Source: Candidatus Marinacidobacterales bacterium
GTDB lineage: Bacteria; Acidobacteriota; Vicinamibacteria; Marinacidobacterales; SMYC01
Assembly: GCA_965224085.1 (NCBI GenBank)
Contig: CBDCYI010000004.1
Location: forward strand, 1,504,001 to 1,568,000
Direction of reading: 5' to 3'
DNA length: 64,000 nt
Part shown: piece after piece, positions 9,017-19,959 of the stretch
Layout of the letters: each line of letters opens with the position of its first letter
Numbering within the stretch: the stretch's first letter is position 1
Position numbers and translations under genes: made by a program
The notes under the pieces: generated by a model
Databases searched by the model: none
What the model saw: the letters and a program-made list of their open reading frames with translations, nothing else
Told to the model about the DNA's origin: nothing

Positions 9017-10700
9017 GTACCCGTCCTGACAGGTGTAAGAGGTTGAGAAAAAAGGGGTAATCGCAAATTTAGGGCTAGCCTTCTGAGGGAGTGTCGTTTA
9101 GTATCGAGTCGACAAAAACGCAGATTCTAAACGACTTAACTCCAAAGGAGACCAGCCCTAAATGCGAAAAACGATCAACCCACAACCAAGCCTATGCGAG
9201 CCCTGGCTGGAGGTGGAGCACGCGCGCGAGCTCGAAGCGATCTCGTCGGTGCTCGATGCCCATCCTAAGCTGAATGAGCTGGTACTGCAAGACCTGAGGT
9301 CGGTCACCCCATCGGCAGGGAGCGATGTTGGTCGTGGGGGAATGAGCGCGGAGCAGGTTCTCCGGGCGTTGTTGGTCAAGCAGCTGAATCAGTTCACCTA
9401 TCGGGAGCTGGCGTTTCACTTGGCAGACTCTCGAAGCTATCGGACGTTTTGCCAGCTCGGCATCATAGAGCCGAGCCCGTCGAAGTCGACCCTAGCAGCA
9501 AACATCAAAGCCGTGAAGTTCGAAACGCTGGAGAAAATCAACCGAGAGTTGGTGAGTGTTGCCGAGAAGACCGCGATCGAAAAAGGAAGAAAAGTACGAG
9601 TGGACTGCACGGTAGTGGAGTCGAATATTCATTCTCCTACGGACTCCGAGCTTCTTTATGACTGCGTCCGAGTTCTCACTCGCCTCATGTGCCGAACTCG
9701 CGAACTGCTGGGTACAGTAGTGGTCTTCGGCAATCGAACGCGTCGAGCGAAGAGACGTCGACTGGGAGTTCTAAACGCGAAGGATAAGGAACAAAGGCGT
9801 CGCGTCTATCGAGATCTACTGAAGGTGTCGGAAGAAACCTATCGCTCCGCTCAACGCGTTGCAGACCAGTTGGACGAGTCCGGCTTGACCGAGCCGGTGA
9901 AGCGAGTGAGTGCGGAGAAGATCGCCGCGGATTTTAAGCACTTTCTCGTCCTCACCGAAAAAGTCATCAACCAAACTCGGCGTAGAGTGATTGATGAAGA
10001 GCGTGTGCCTGCGGAGGAAAAGGTCGTTTCGATCTTCGAAGAACACACCGACATTATTCGCAAAGACCGGCGCGAGACTCTCTACGGTCACAAGGTGTGT
10101 TTGACTGGTGGCTCGTCCTCGATGATTTTGGATTGCGTGATCTTGGATGGGAATCCGTCCGATTCAACTCTCGCGGAAACCATGATCGACCGTCAAGTCG
10201 AACTCTACGAACGGGCCCCGCGCCAGGTTGCCTACGATGGCGCGTTTTCTTCAAAGGCAAACTTGGAAGCCATCAAAGGCAAGGGAGTTGAAGATGTTGC
10301 CTTTACCAAGGCTCACTTCGCGGTGACCGATATGGTCAAGAGTTCCTGGGTCTATCAACGCCTACGGCGATTTCGCTGCGGAATCGAAGGCGTCATTTCG
10401 TTCTTGAAACGAGTCTTTGGTCTCGACCGATGCACATGGCGCTCATTGCCTTCTTTCAAATCCTACGTATGGAGTTCCATCATCACCTGCAACCTGTTGG
10501 TAATGGCAAGGCACCTATTACGATAATAATGATTGCTCTTACTGCGTTTATAGCCATGGATTGCTGACGATTCGCCTCTCGTTTCGTCCAAGATTTTCAT
10601 TCGCTTCCGAGCCTACGAGGTGCCGACTGAAAACGTATAATACCCACATCTTCGATAGGCCTCTCGTACACCACAAGTTATGGTGTTTCTGGACAGGAAC
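9017..10700 (+). mobile_element. ISNCY-family insertion sequence with 6-bp target duplication TAGTTG
   Basis: Imperfect TIRs GTACCCGTCCTGAC and (reverse complement) GTTCCTGTCCAGAA; TAGTTG at 9011-9016 and 10701-10706. Confidence 0.85.
9162..10526 (+). CDS. ISNCY-family DDE transposase
   Basis: RVDCTVVESNIHSPTDS, EKVVSIFEEHTDII, GIEGVISFLKR. Confidence 0.9.
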   Translation: MRKTINPQPSLCEPWLEVEHARELEAISSVLDAHPKLNELVLQDLRSVTPSAGSDVGRGGMSAEQVLRALLVKQLNQFTYRELAFHLADSRSYRTFCQLGIIEPSPSKSTLAANIKAVKFETLEKINRELVSVAEKTAIEKGRKVRVDCTVVESNIHSPTDSELLYDCVRVLTRLMCRTRELLGTVVVFGNRTRRAKRRRLGVLNAKDKEQRRRVYRDLLKVSEETYRSAQRVADQLDESGLTEPVKRVSAEKIAADFKHFLVLTEKVINQTRRRVIDEERVPAEEKVVSIFEEHTDIIRKDRRETLYGHKVCLTGGSSSMILDCVILDGNPSDSTLAETMIDRQVELYERAPRQVAYDGAFSSKANLEAIKGKGVEDVAFTKAHFAVTDMVKSSWVYQRLRRFRCGIEGVISFLKRVFGLDRCTWRSLPSFKSYVWSSIITCNLLVMARHLLR

Positions 10701-11485
10701 TAGTTGGTCTCCGGTTGAACGAGCTGGATCACGGCGAACGCCGCGCCCTGCGGGTCGGTGACGACCGAGAATCGACCGATATCGGGTATGTTCGAAGGAG
10801 GCACCACGACGCGCCCGCCGGTTCCGGAAGCTTTGTCGACCGCTCCGTCGCAATCTTCGACCGCGAAATAGACGAGCCAGTGCGGCGGGATGTCCCCCAT
10901 CGCGTCGCTCAACGTCAACATACCGCCGGCAAGTCGGCCAGCGTTCTTGAACGTCGTATGCGTCCCCATCGGGCTGTCGGAGTCTTCCGCGGTCCAAGCG
11001 AAAAGCTCCGTGTAGAACTTTTTCGCGGCGCCCGTATCGCGGGTGGCGAGCTCGTTCCAGCAGAACATCCCCGGCTTGTTGTCCATCGACGCCGCGCCTT
11101 CGTGCCCGCCGGTTTGAAACAGTGCGAAAACGGCGCCGGTTGGATCCCGTAACATAGCCATCCGGCCGACGTTTGGGACGTCGAAAGGTCCCATCGAGAG
11201 GGTGCCTCCGAGCTCCTTCGCGCGACGGGCGCTCGCATCCACGTCTTCGACGAGCACGTAGGACAGCCAATGCGGCGAGATCCCCTGCTGCTTTTGGTCT
11301 TCACTCAGGGTATAGAGTCCTGCGATACTCTTGTCTTCCAAAGTGAGCAGCGTGTAGGTGCTCGACGCGCCCAAATCGACGTCGTCGCTGCTAAAGCCTA
11401 GAAGATCCGTGTAGAAAGTTCGTGCGCCGGAAGCGTCACTCGTCCCGAGCTCGACCCAGCAGAAAGTCTTGGGTGGTAAAGGCAT
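10700..11485 (-). CDS. VOC/glyoxalase family protein with two domains
   Basis: Duplicated FCWxEL...FYTxL...HWLxY...GR..DPxGA; RBS GAGGAGG before ATG 11485. Confidence 0.9.
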   Translation of the reverse strand: MPLPPKTFCWVELGTSDASGARTFYTDLLGFSSDDVDLGASSTYTLLTLEDKSIAGLYTLSEDQKQQGISPHWLSYVLVEDVDASARRAKELGGTLSMGPFDVPNVGRMAMLRDPTGAVFALFQTGGHEGAASMDNKPGMFCWNELATRDTGAAKKFYTELFAWTAEDSDSPMGTHTTFKNAGRLAGGMLTLSDAMGDIPPHWLVYFAVEDCDGAVDKASGTGGRVVVPPSNIPDIGRFSVVTDPQGAAFAVIQLVQPETN

Positions 11486-11680
11486 CTGTCCTCCTCGATG
11501 GACCCCCGCCCCGAGGGAGACGAAGTCTATAATGGCGTCGCGCGTGGGTTCAAACCGTCCGATTCCACTTTCATGCTTTCTAGGGAGTGGAGAACGTACT
11601 GGTGACGAGAATGTGCTGTTGCGCAAGATCGACCGAGGCGGTGTTCAAATCATCGTGGTGGTCTGGCCGATCGCGGTCGC

Positions 11681-11812
11681 ATGACCTACATCCTCCTCCT
11701 GATCGCGGTGGTGATTTGGGGCTCGACCTTCGTCGCAACGAAGATCTGCCTGGAGCACATGGGCACGCTCCAGCTCGTAGTGAGCCGTTTCCTCATTGCT
11801 GCTCCCAGGTAG
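11681..11812 (+). pseudogene. N-terminal fragment of a DMT/EamA transporter
   Basis: MTYILLLIAVVIWGSTFVATKICLEHMGTLQLVVSRFLIA then stop (not in ORF track). Confidence 0.7.
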
Positions 11813-12144
11813 GCGGGGTCGGTGGCGCCGGTGAGCGTTTGCACCGTTCCCGCGAGCGCGGCGACATTCTCGAAGCTCTGTTGCTCGCGCTGCAGATCGT
11901 CATATTCGGTGAACGTGAGAGGCGCGCGCACCCGTGAAAGGCCCTCGTTCCTGGACCACACGAAGGCGATCGTCTCCGCAGCTTCGAAGGCGAGCGGTGT
12001 TATGAGCACCTTGCTCACGATGGAGAAAAGTGTCGTCGTCGTGCCCGTCGCGAGGGCGAGGGTGAGAACGACAACGAGCGTAAACCCTTTGCGCTTCAAT
12101 AGCATGCGCGGGCCGCATCTCAAATCGCTAAGAAAAGCATCCAT
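11806..12144 (-). pseudogene. N-terminal fragment of an ADOP/MacB-like ABC permease
   Basis: DLRCGPRMLLKRKGFTLVVVLTLALATG...LFSIV..VLITPL; about 110 aa of a normally much longer protein. Confidence 0.8.
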
Positions 12145-12189
12145 ACACGGAATACGGCCGAACGGTCCAAAATGTTACAGTAGCGACCT

Positions 12190-13032
12190 ATGAAATATCG
12201 CGATGTCGCTCAAATTGTCAGCGCTCAGGAAGCGCTCGAGGGTGCGGGCGTGCGCATTCGCCGCACTATCGGGACTCCGGTGCTCGACTATCTCGATCCG
12301 TTCCTTCTTCTCGACGAGTTCAAGTCCTCAGAGGGCGCCGACTACATCGCCGGCTTTCCCGATCATCCCCACCGCGGGTTTGAGACCGTGACCTATATGC
12401 TCGCGGGTTCGATGCGGCATGAAGACCACAAAGGCAACCGCGGCGAGCTGGGGCCGGGGAGCGTTCAGTGGATGACGGCGGGGCGCGGCATCGTGCATTC
12501 CGAGATGCCGACGCAAGAGCACGGTCTCATGTGGGGTTTTCAGCTTTGGGTGAACCTGCCCGCCGCTCACAAGATGACCGCCCCGCGCTATCAAGACATC
12601 CCTGCCGAGGCGATACCGACGGTTACGACCAAAAACGGCGCCACGTTACGCGTGGTGGCGGGCACCGTGGACGGCACCGATGGTCCCGTCGCAGGCATTG
12701 CCACTTCGCCTCTTTACGTAGACGTCGAGGTTGTGAAGGACTCCGAATGCGTTCTTCCTGTGCCCTGCGAGCACAACGGCTTCGTCTATGTCTTCGAAGG
12801 CGAAGGCGTTGTCGGGGAGAAGCTTCTTGCCTCCGGCCAACTCGGCGTCTTGTCCCGAGGCGAAAGTGAAGCGGTGCGTCTCGTGACCACGGCGCAGTCG
12901 ATGCGCCTTTTATTGCTGGCCGCCAAGCCCCTTGACGAGCCCATGGCCCGCTCCGGTCCGTTCGTCATGAACACGCGCGAAGAGATCCGCGAGGCCTTCG
13001 AAGACTACAAGCGCGGGACTTTTCTCGGCTGA
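12190..13032 (+). CDS. Pirin family protein
   Basis: DPFLLLDEF, GFPDHPHRGFETVTY, WMTAGRGIVHSE, GPFVMNT. Confidence 0.95.
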   Translation: MKYRDVAQIVSAQEALEGAGVRIRRTIGTPVLDYLDPFLLLDEFKSSEGADYIAGFPDHPHRGFETVTYMLAGSMRHEDHKGNRGELGPGSVQWMTAGRGIVHSEMPTQEHGLMWGFQLWVNLPAAHKMTAPRYQDIPAEAIPTVTTKNGATLRVVAGTVDGTDGPVAGIATSPLYVDVEVVKDSECVLPVPCEHNGFVYVFEGEGVVGEKLLASGQLGVLSRGESEAVRLVTTAQSMRLLLLAAKPLDEPMARSGPFVMNTREEIREAFEDYKRGTFLG

Positions 13033-13034
13033 GC

Positions 13035-13934
13035 ATGGTGTCCACTCGACCTCAGTGGGAAGCGCTTCCAACCGAAGCCATCCACGCCTTTAGCCGCAAC
13101 TTGGACCGGGCTTCGGAGAGCTCGATCCTCGACGCGATGGCGGAGGAAGACCATCGTGCGGTCGAAGCAGTGCGCGGCGAAGCGACGCGGATTCGGAAGG
13201 GCGCTTCCAAATTGGCATCGGCGCTCTCCGCGGGAGGGCGCGTTTTCTATGTCGGCGCGGGTACGAGTGGTCGCCTCGGTGTGCTCGAAGCCGCGGAGTG
13301 CCCGCCGACATTCGGCACCTCGCTGCGTGAGATCGACGCCGTCATGGCCGGCGGAGACGAGGCGGTCTTCCATGCGAAAGAAAGCGCTGAGGACGAGGTG
13401 TCTGGGGGTCGGAAGGCACTACGCGCGCGTCGGCTGAGCAAGAAAGACGTCGTCGTCGGGATCTCGGCTAGCAGCGTGACGCCGTTCGTCGCGGGGGCTC
13501 TCCTTTATGCGCGAGAGCGCGGCGCGGCGACGGTACTCGTCACCTGCGGGCCGCGAAGACGAGGCGTCGCCGACGTCGTGGTCGCGCCCGCGGTCGGGCC
13601 GGAGCTTCTGGCGGGCTCCACGCGGATGAAGGCGGGAACGGCGACGAAGCTCGTGCTCAATCAGATGACGCTTCTCGCCATGATTCGGCTCAACAAAGTG
13701 TACGGGCCCTACATGGTCGACGTGAAGACCACGTCGGCGAAGCTTCGCGATCGGGCGCTCCGGATGGTGATCGCTCTCGCCGGGGTCGACCAGGAGCGTG
13801 CGGAGGCGCTACTGGCAGAGGCCGGTGATCACGTAAAGACGGCAGTGGTGATGGGCCGCCTCGAGGTGTCGCGCAGCGAGGCGAGGCGTCGTCTCGAAGA
13901 AGCGTCATTCGATCTGCGTCGCGTCTTGAAGTAG
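13035..13934 (+). CDS. murQ: N-acetylmuramic acid 6-phosphate etherase
   Basis: GAGTSGRLGVL, ECPPTFG, GPELLAGSTRMKAGTATKLVLN. Confidence 0.95.
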   Translation: MVSTRPQWEALPTEAIHAFSRNLDRASESSILDAMAEEDHRAVEAVRGEATRIRKGASKLASALSAGGRVFYVGAGTSGRLGVLEAAECPPTFGTSLREIDAVMAGGDEAVFHAKESAEDEVSGGRKALRARRLSKKDVVVGISASSVTPFVAGALLYARERGAATVLVTCGPRRRGVADVVVAPAVGPELLAGSTRMKAGTATKLVLNQMTLLAMIRLNKVYGPYMVDVKTTSAKLRDRALRMVIALAGVDQERAEALLAEAGDHVKTAVVMGRLEVSRSEARRRLEEASFDLRRVLK

Positions 13935-13941
13935 AGAGAGA

Positions 13942-14859
13942 CTAGATCGAGGTGGTGGAGACTTGCTCGATGGCGAGCTGCACCGCCCCACGAGCGGGCT
14001 CCACGTCGAGGCGGTGTACGCTCACCCAAGGCGCGATCTTCTTTGCGAGTTTTTCGAAGTCCTGATGGATCACGGGGACGGCTTTCCACAGGCCGCCCGA
14101 GAGAACGAGACGAAAGTTTTCGCCGGCGAGCCCGAGACGTCCGATGACGGACTCAACCGCTCGCATGAACTCACGCACGGCGTCGTCGATGATCGTCTGC
14201 GCGGCTTCGTCTCCATGATCGGCGGCTTGCTGGACGAGAGGAGCAAGAGCAGCAATCTCCGCGCGCGCAAGCTCTTGATAGACACGGTGAACGAGAGATT
14301 CCGAGTCCGGGATCCGCAGCTGCTCGAGCACGGCCCCTTTGAGTAACGTTGGCTGTGCCCGCCCGTCATCGGCGCGGACGATGCTCTGAAGCGCGCGCAA
14401 GCCCATCCAGTAGCCACTGCCTTCGTCGCCGAGAAGAGGCCCCCAACCTCCGGCCCGTGCAGATTCGCCCTTGCGATTCACGCCGTAAACCGCGGCCCCC
14501 GTGCCCACGATGAGCACGACGCCGAAGCGCTCCTCCGCGCCCGCCACGAGAGCAATGAGCGCATCATGGGTAACGATGTTCTCTCGGGCGCGACCGAGCC
14601 GGCTCAGAATGCGGCGCATCGCGCGGTGGTCTCGCTCGCGACCGGCGCCGGCTATCCCGAGGCAGAGTGCGTCCACCTTGCCGCGATGGCCAGCGAGCAC
14701 CCGCATCGTAAGATTCTCGAGTACGAACTCGATCTCGTCTTCGTCGTAGAGTTGGAAGTTCGCACCGGAGCCCCGTCCTTTAGCTAGGATATTGCCTTTA
14801 CCGTCCGCGAGGAGACACTCGGTCTTCGTCGCCCCGCCATCGATCCCCAACACGCGCAT
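13942..14859 (-). CDS. N-acetylglucosamine/N-acetylmuramate kinase (BadF/BadG/BcrA/BcrD ATPase family)
   Basis: GIDGGATKT, IVGTGA, AGGWGPLLGDEGSGY; convergent with murQ. Confidence 0.85.
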   Translation of the reverse strand: MRVLGIDGGATKTECLLADGKGNILAKGRGSGANFQLYDEDEIEFVLENLTMRVLAGHRGKVDALCLGIAGAGRERDHRAMRRILSRLGRARENIVTHDALIALVAGAEERFGVVLIVGTGAAVYGVNRKGESARAGGWGPLLGDEGSGYWMGLRALQSIVRADDGRAQPTLLKGAVLEQLRIPDSESLVHRVYQELARAEIAALAPLVQQAADHGDEAAQTIIDDAVREFMRAVESVIGRLGLAGENFRLVLSGGLWKAVPVIHQDFEKLAKKIAPWVSVHRLDVEPARGAVQLAIEQVSTTSI

Positions 14860-14923
14860 CGTTTGGGCTCAAGATTAGAGAACAGGGACAAGTCTTGTCA
14901 AACCATGGAGATGCGCGAAAAAC

Positions 14924-14973
14924 TTGACAGGCGGGCCCTTCTTGAGGTAATTTACTTATCGGTCGGTAAGTAA
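14924..14973 (+). promoter_or_regulatory. Sigma70 promoter of leuACD with overlapping palindrome
   Basis: TTGACA (14924)-18 nt-TAATTT (14948); inverted repeat TTACTTATCG-GT-CGGTAAGTAA at 14952-14973. Confidence 0.6.
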
Positions 14974-15023
14974 TACTAACGGGCTGATTCTGAACTAGTT
15001 ATCCTCCACAGAGGAGATCGGGC

Positions 15024-16577
15024 ATGGCGGAACCACAACGAGTAACGATTTTCGATACGACGCTGCGAGACGGCGAGCAATCGCCTGGCGCGAGCATGGA
15101 TCTCGACGGCAAGCTCGTGATGGCGCGCGCGCTTTCCGAGCTCGGCGTGGACATTCTCGAGGCGGGTTTTCCGATTGCTTCGAACGGCGACTTCGAAGCT
15201 GTTCGTGAAGTGGCGCGTCGAGTCGAAGGGCCTGTCATCGCGGGTCTAGCACGTTGCCAAAGCCTCGACATCGAGCGTGCCTGGGATGCGCTAAAGGACG
15301 CACCGCGTGCGCGACTTCACGTGTTTCTCGCGACGAGTGCGATCCATCGAGAGTATAAGCTGAAGGTGGCGAAGGAAGAGATCGTGCGCCGCTCTGTCGA
15401 GAGCGTCTCGATGGCGCGCGAGCTTTGCGAAGATGTCGAGTTCTCGCCCGAGGACGCGACTCGCACCGAGCCGGACTTTCTCGCTGAGGTGGTCGAGAAA
15501 GCCATCGAAGCGGGCGCGCGCACGGTCAACATTCCCGATACGGTCGGCTACGCCATGCCGTCGGAGTTTGCGGAGCTCATCGGTTATTTGAAAAAGCACG
15601 TTAGAAACATCGATGAGGCCGTCATCAGCGTGCACTGCCACGACGATCTCGGGCTCGCCGTGGCGAACAGCCTCGCGGCGGTCGGCGCCGGAGCGCGCCA
15701 AATCGAGTGCACCATCAACGGCATCGGAGAGCGTGCGGGCAACGCGTCGCTCGAGGAAGTCGTCATGGCGATGAAGACTCGTGGTGACTACCACGGCATC
15801 GAAACCGGCATCGACACGACCCGCATCTATCCCACGAGCCAGCTTCTTTGCCAGGTGACGGGGCTCGTCGTGCAACGCAACAAAGCCATCGTGGGGCAGA
15901 ATGCGTTCGCGCACGAAGCCGGCATCCATCAGCACGGCGTGATCCAGCATCGTTCGACCTACGAGATCATGAAGCCGGAGGACATCGGTCTTGGCGGGGG
16001 CGCGCTCGTGCTCGGAAAGCATAGCGGCCGTCACGCGCTCAAAAAACGGGTCGAAGAGCTCGGTTATGAGCTCAGCGACGAGCGGCTAGGAACACTTTTC
16101 GTCGAGTTCAAGGCTCTCGCCGACACGAAAAAAGAAGTCTTCGACGAAGATCTCGAGGCCCTCATGAGCGGCGCCGAGGCCAACGTCGTCGATATTTGGG
16201 AGCTCGTCGACATGCATCTGAGCTCGGGCTCGGAGTCGGCCTCCACGGCGACGATTTGCCTGCGTGACCGGGTTGGACGCACAGTGAAAGAAGCCGCGTG
16301 CGGCGACGGCGTCGTCGAAGCCATCTTCCGTGCAATGGGCCGCGCGAGCGGCGCCGAGCTGTCTTTGACGGATTATCAGGTGCGCGGTCTAACGGGCGGT
16401 TTGGACGGACGGGGTGAGGTAAGCGTCGAGATCGAAGAGCTCGGAAACCGTCACCGGGGACGCGCCGCAGGCGGCGACATCATGCGCGCGAGCGCCGATG
16501 CCTTCCTAAAAGTGATCAACCGCGTTTTGGCCGCCCGCGAGGAGCAAAAAGAGCTCGTCGACGTTTTCGGTCAATGA
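15024..16577 (+). CDS. leuA: 2-isopropylmalate synthase
   Basis: [37 protein letters not shown], regulatory C-terminal domain. Confidence 0.96.
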   Translation: MAEPQRVTIFDTTLRDGEQSPGASMDLDGKLVMARALSELGVDILEAGFPIASNGDFEAVREVARRVEGPVIAGLARCQSLDIERAWDALKDAPRARLHVFLATSAIHREYKLKVAKEEIVRRSVESVSMARELCEDVEFSPEDATRTEPDFLAEVVEKAIEAGARTVNIPDTVGYAMPSEFAELIGYLKKHVRNIDEAVISVHCHDDLGLAVANSLAAVGAGARQIECTINGIGERAGNASLEEVVMAMKTRGDYHGIETGIDTTRIYPTSQLLCQVTGLVVQRNKAIVGQNAFAHEAGIHQHGVIQHRSTYEIMKPEDIGLGGGALVLGKHSGRHALKKRVEELGYELSDERLGTLFVEFKALADTKKEVFDEDLEALMSGAEANVVDIWELVDMHLSSGSESASTATICLRDRVGRTVKEAACGDGVVEAIFRAMGRASGAELSLTDYQVRGLTGGLDGRGEVSVEIEELGNRHRGRAAGGDIMRASADAFLKVINRVLAAREEQKELVDVFGQ

Positions 16578-17977
16578 CAGAGCTTCCTAGCGGAAAGCCG
16601 CTCACACTCTTCGAGAAGCTGTGGGAGCGGCACGTTGTCGCGCCGGAGACCGAGGATCACCCGGCGGTCGTCTATATCGACCTCCACTTGATTCACGAAG
16701 TCACTTCGCCCCAAGCCTTCGATGAGCTCAAGAGGCGGGGGCTCGCGGTGCGTCGGCCCGACCGCACCGTCGCGACGATGGACCATTCGATCCCGACGCT
16801 CTTCGATGGGGACAAACCTCTGTTCGCCGACGAAAAAACGCGCAGCCAAGTCGAGACGCTTCAAAAAAATTGCGGCGAGTTCGGGATAAATCTCTACCCG
16901 ATGGGTGATGCGCGTCAGGGCATCGTGCACGTGATCGGGCCGGAGCTCGGGCTCACCCAGCCCGGGCGAAGCATCGTTTGCGGGGATAGCCATACGAGCA
17001 CGCATGGCGCGTTCGGTGCTTGGGCGTTCGGCATCGGGACGACCGAAGTCGGACATGTTTTTGCCACGCAGTGTTTGTTGCAGCGACAGCCGCAAACTCT
17101 CGAAGTGCGTATCGACGGCGCGCTCGCGCGTGGCGTGACCGCAAAGGATCTCATTCTCGCTGTCATCCGCGAGATCGGCGTCGACGGAGGCCTCGGGCAC
17201 GTTATCGAATATACGGGCTCTTGTATCGCGTCGCTCTCGATGGGCGAGCGGATGACGATTTGCAACATGTCGATCGAGGCGGGGGCGGGCGCCGGACTCA
17301 TGGCGCCGGACGAGACGACGTTCTCCTATCTCGAGGGCCGCGAGTTCTCGCCGAAAGGGAAGGCCTGGCACGAAGCGGTCGCTGATTGGCGCACGCTCCC
17401 GAGTGACTCTGGCGCTCGGTACGACAAGACGGTGGTGATCGATGCCTCGAAAGTCGAGCCTATGGTGACCTACGGCACCAACCCGGGCATGTCGATGGCC
17501 ATCGACGCGTCGATTCCCGACGATGCCGAGGAGCAGCCGCTCGCATATATGAAGATGAAGCGGGGCGATGCACTCGTAGGGAAGCCCGTCGACGTCGTCT
17601 TCATCGGAAGTTGTACGAATGCGCGCCTCGAAGACCTACGTATGGCGGCCGGCGTGATGAAGGGGCGCAAAGTTGCGAAAGGGGTGCGCGTTCTCGTCGT
17701 GCCAGGATCGCAAGAGGTCAAACGTCTCGCGATCGCCGAAGGGCTCGATCGCGTCTTCCGTGACGCCGGTGCCGAGTGGCGCGAGCCCGGCTGCTCGATG
17801 TGCCTGTCGATGAATGGGGACGGTGTCGCGGAAGGCCAGCTCGCCGTCAGCACGAGCAATCGTAACTTCGAAGGCCGGCAGGGCAAAGGCAGCCGAACGA
17901 TTCTCGCGAGCCCGCTGACGGCCGCCGCCGCGGCCGTTTCCGGCACGATCGCGGACGCCCGAAAGCTCATGGACTAG
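16574..17977 (+). CDS. leuC: 3-isopropylmalate dehydratase large subunit
   Basis: [40 protein letters not shown]. Confidence 0.97.
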   Translation: MTELPSGKPLTLFEKLWERHVVAPETEDHPAVVYIDLHLIHEVTSPQAFDELKRRGLAVRRPDRTVATMDHSIPTLFDGDKPLFADEKTRSQVETLQKNCGEFGINLYPMGDARQGIVHVIGPELGLTQPGRSIVCGDSHTSTHGAFGAWAFGIGTTEVGHVFATQCLLQRQPQTLEVRIDGALARGVTAKDLILAVIREIGVDGGLGHVIEYTGSCIASLSMGERMTICNMSIEAGAGAGLMAPDETTFSYLEGREFSPKGKAWHEAVADWRTLPSDSGARYDKTVVIDASKVEPMVTYGTNPGMSMAIDASIPDDAEEQPLAYMKMKRGDALVGKPVDVVFIGSCTNARLEDLRMAAGVMKGRKVAKGVRVLVVPGSQEVKRLAIAEGLDRVFRDAGAEWREPGCSMCLSMNGDGVAEGQLAVSTSNRNFEGRQGKGSRTILASPLTAAAAAVSGTIADARKLMD

Positions 17978-17988
17978 GACAATAGGTC

Positions 17989-18558
17989 ATGGAGCCATTC
18001 AAGACACTCGAATCGAACACCGTCGTTCTTCTTGTAGACAACGTTGATACCGACCAGATCATTCCTGCGCGGTTCCTCACGGTGACGACGCGTGGCGGAA
18101 TGGGCAAAAACCTTTTCGCCGACTGGCGTCTCAATCCGGATTTCGTGTTGAACCAGCCCACATCCGCTGGCGCTTTGATCCTCGTGACCGGAGAAAACTT
18201 CGGGTGTGGCTCCTCGCGGGAGCACGCAGCTTGGGCTTTGGTCGATTACGGATTCCGTGCCGTAGTGAGCACGTCCATCGCCGACATCTTCAAGAACAAC
18301 GCCGTTAAAAACGGGCTTCTTCCCGTCGAGGTCGACGCCGACACCCATCGAGAGCTCGTCCAAAGCCCGGGCGCCTCGGTTGTCATCGACCTCGAGAAGA
18401 AAACGCTTTCGCTTCCCGATGGCCATCCTGCCAGCTTTCCGCTCGACGGTTTCGCGCATCAGTGCCTTCTCAAAGGGATAGACCAACTCGATTTCCTGAT
18501 GCAACGAGAGGACGCCATCCAAGCTTTCGAAGATTCTTCCCCCGCTAAGCCGACTTGA
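17989..18558 (+). CDS. leuD: 3-isopropylmalate dehydratase small subunit
   Basis: [24 protein letters not shown]. Confidence 0.97.
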   Translation: MEPFKTLESNTVVLLVDNVDTDQIIPARFLTVTTRGGMGKNLFADWRLNPDFVLNQPTSAGALILVTGENFGCGSSREHAAWALVDYGFRAVVSTSIADIFKNNAVKNGLLPVEVDADTHRELVQSPGASVVIDLEKKTLSLPDGHPASFPLDGFAHQCLLKGIDQLDFLMQREDAIQAFEDSSPAKPT

Positions 18559-18660
18559 CACGGCTTGGCCCGGCCAGCTAAGGTGTGCTCCGCCGAAACG
18601 AAAAAGCGTTCTATCTCTCACGAGGTCGGGGTCGTAGTCCAACTAGCGTAGGGGTTCCGT

Positions 18661-19959
18661 TTGTCCGAGGTGTCGCAGAGCGGGCTACGCTCGCAATCTC
18701 TTAGGGAAAGTCTTCGGAACGACTATGGGCACGTACGTTCAGAAACGGAGGTTCTCGCTTCGTCGATCACGCCCGAGGAGGCGCCGATCCAGTCGATGGA
18801 GGACGTGAGCCCGACCAAATGGCATCTGGGCCACACCAGCTGGTTTTTCGAAACGTTCCTTCTTCGGCGCGACGACGCGTATCGGTCGACGCGCGAGGAG
18901 TTCAAGGTCCTCTTCAATTCCTACTACAACACCGTCGGCAAGCAGCATTCTCGACCCCGGCGCGGGATGCTCGGTCGCCCCGCGCTCGATGAGATTCTCG
19001 ATTACCGTCATGAAACGGATGCGAGCATGGGCTCGTTTCTCGACAACGCAAGCGACGCGACTCTCGAGGAATGCGCAGGCACGGTCCGTACAGGGATCCA
19101 CCACGAGCAGCAGCATCAGGAGCTCATGCTGACCGATATTCTTCACGTGCATTGGAGCAACCCGCTGAGGCCCGCTTATCGCGAGCCGGGTCCGCCGAGC
19201 TGTGCGGTCGCGAAGCCGCTCGAATGGTTCGCTTATGCCGAGGGCGTGCAGCGCATCGGCCACGACGGCGATGGCTTTGCGTTCGACAATGAAAATCCGC
19301 GCCACCGCGTTTTCGTGCACCCCTTCGAGCTCGCGTCCAGACTCGTCACCGCGGGTGAGTTCATGGAGTTCATCGGGGCGGGAGGCTATCAGCGATCCGA
19401 GTTTTGGTTGAGCGATGGCTGGACGCGGGTACAACGCGAGGCGTGGAAAGCGCCCCTTTATTGGGAGTGCGAGCAGGGGACGTGGTGGCGCATGACACTT
19501 CACGGCATGCTGCCTGTTGATCCCAACGCTCCCATCTGTCATGTGAGCTACTACGAAGCGGACGCTTATGCGCGCTTCCGAGGGGAGCGTCTTCCTAGCG
19601 AAGCCGAGTGGGAGATCGCGGCCGCGAGCGTCCCCATCGACGGCAACTGGCAAGAGAGTGAGCATCTCGTGCCGATGGACGCCGCCTCGAGCGCTCACCT
19701 ACCTCACCAGGATGCTCCGCGGCAGCTCTATGGCGACGTGTGGGAGTGGACGCGCAGTGCCTACCTTGCCTATCCGGGCTACCGCACGAGCGAAGGTGCT
19801 CTCGGCGAATATAACGGAAAATTCATGTGCAATCAGATGGTGCTTCGCGGCGGCTCCTGCGCGACCCCCGCGGGTCACATTCGACCGAGCTATCGAAATT
19901 TCTTCTACCCGAAGGACCGCTGGCAGTTCTCGGGCATTCGCCTCGCGAAGGACGTATGA
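18661..19959 (+). CDS. egtB: Ergothioneine biosynthesis sulfoxide synthase
   Basis: QSMEDVSPTKWHLGHTSWFFE, LFNSYY, HHEQQHQEL, GALGEYNGKFM, FGE-sulfatase C-terminal domain. Confidence 0.92.
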   Translation: MSEVSQSGLRSQSLRESLRNDYGHVRSETEVLASSITPEEAPIQSMEDVSPTKWHLGHTSWFFETFLLRRDDAYRSTREEFKVLFNSYYNTVGKQHSRPRRGMLGRPALDEILDYRHETDASMGSFLDNASDATLEECAGTVRTGIHHEQQHQELMLTDILHVHWSNPLRPAYREPGPPSCAVAKPLEWFAYAEGVQRIGHDGDGFAFDNENPRHRVFVHPFELASRLVTAGEFMEFIGAGGYQRSEFWLSDGWTRVQREAWKAPLYWECEQGTWWRMTLHGMLPVDPNAPICHVSYYEADAYARFRGERLPSEAEWEIAAASVPIDGNWQESEHLVPMDAASSAHLPHQDAPRQLYGDVWEWTRSAYLAYPGYRTSEGALGEYNGKFMCNQMVLRGGSCATPAGHIRPSYRNFFYPKDRWQFSGIRLAKDV

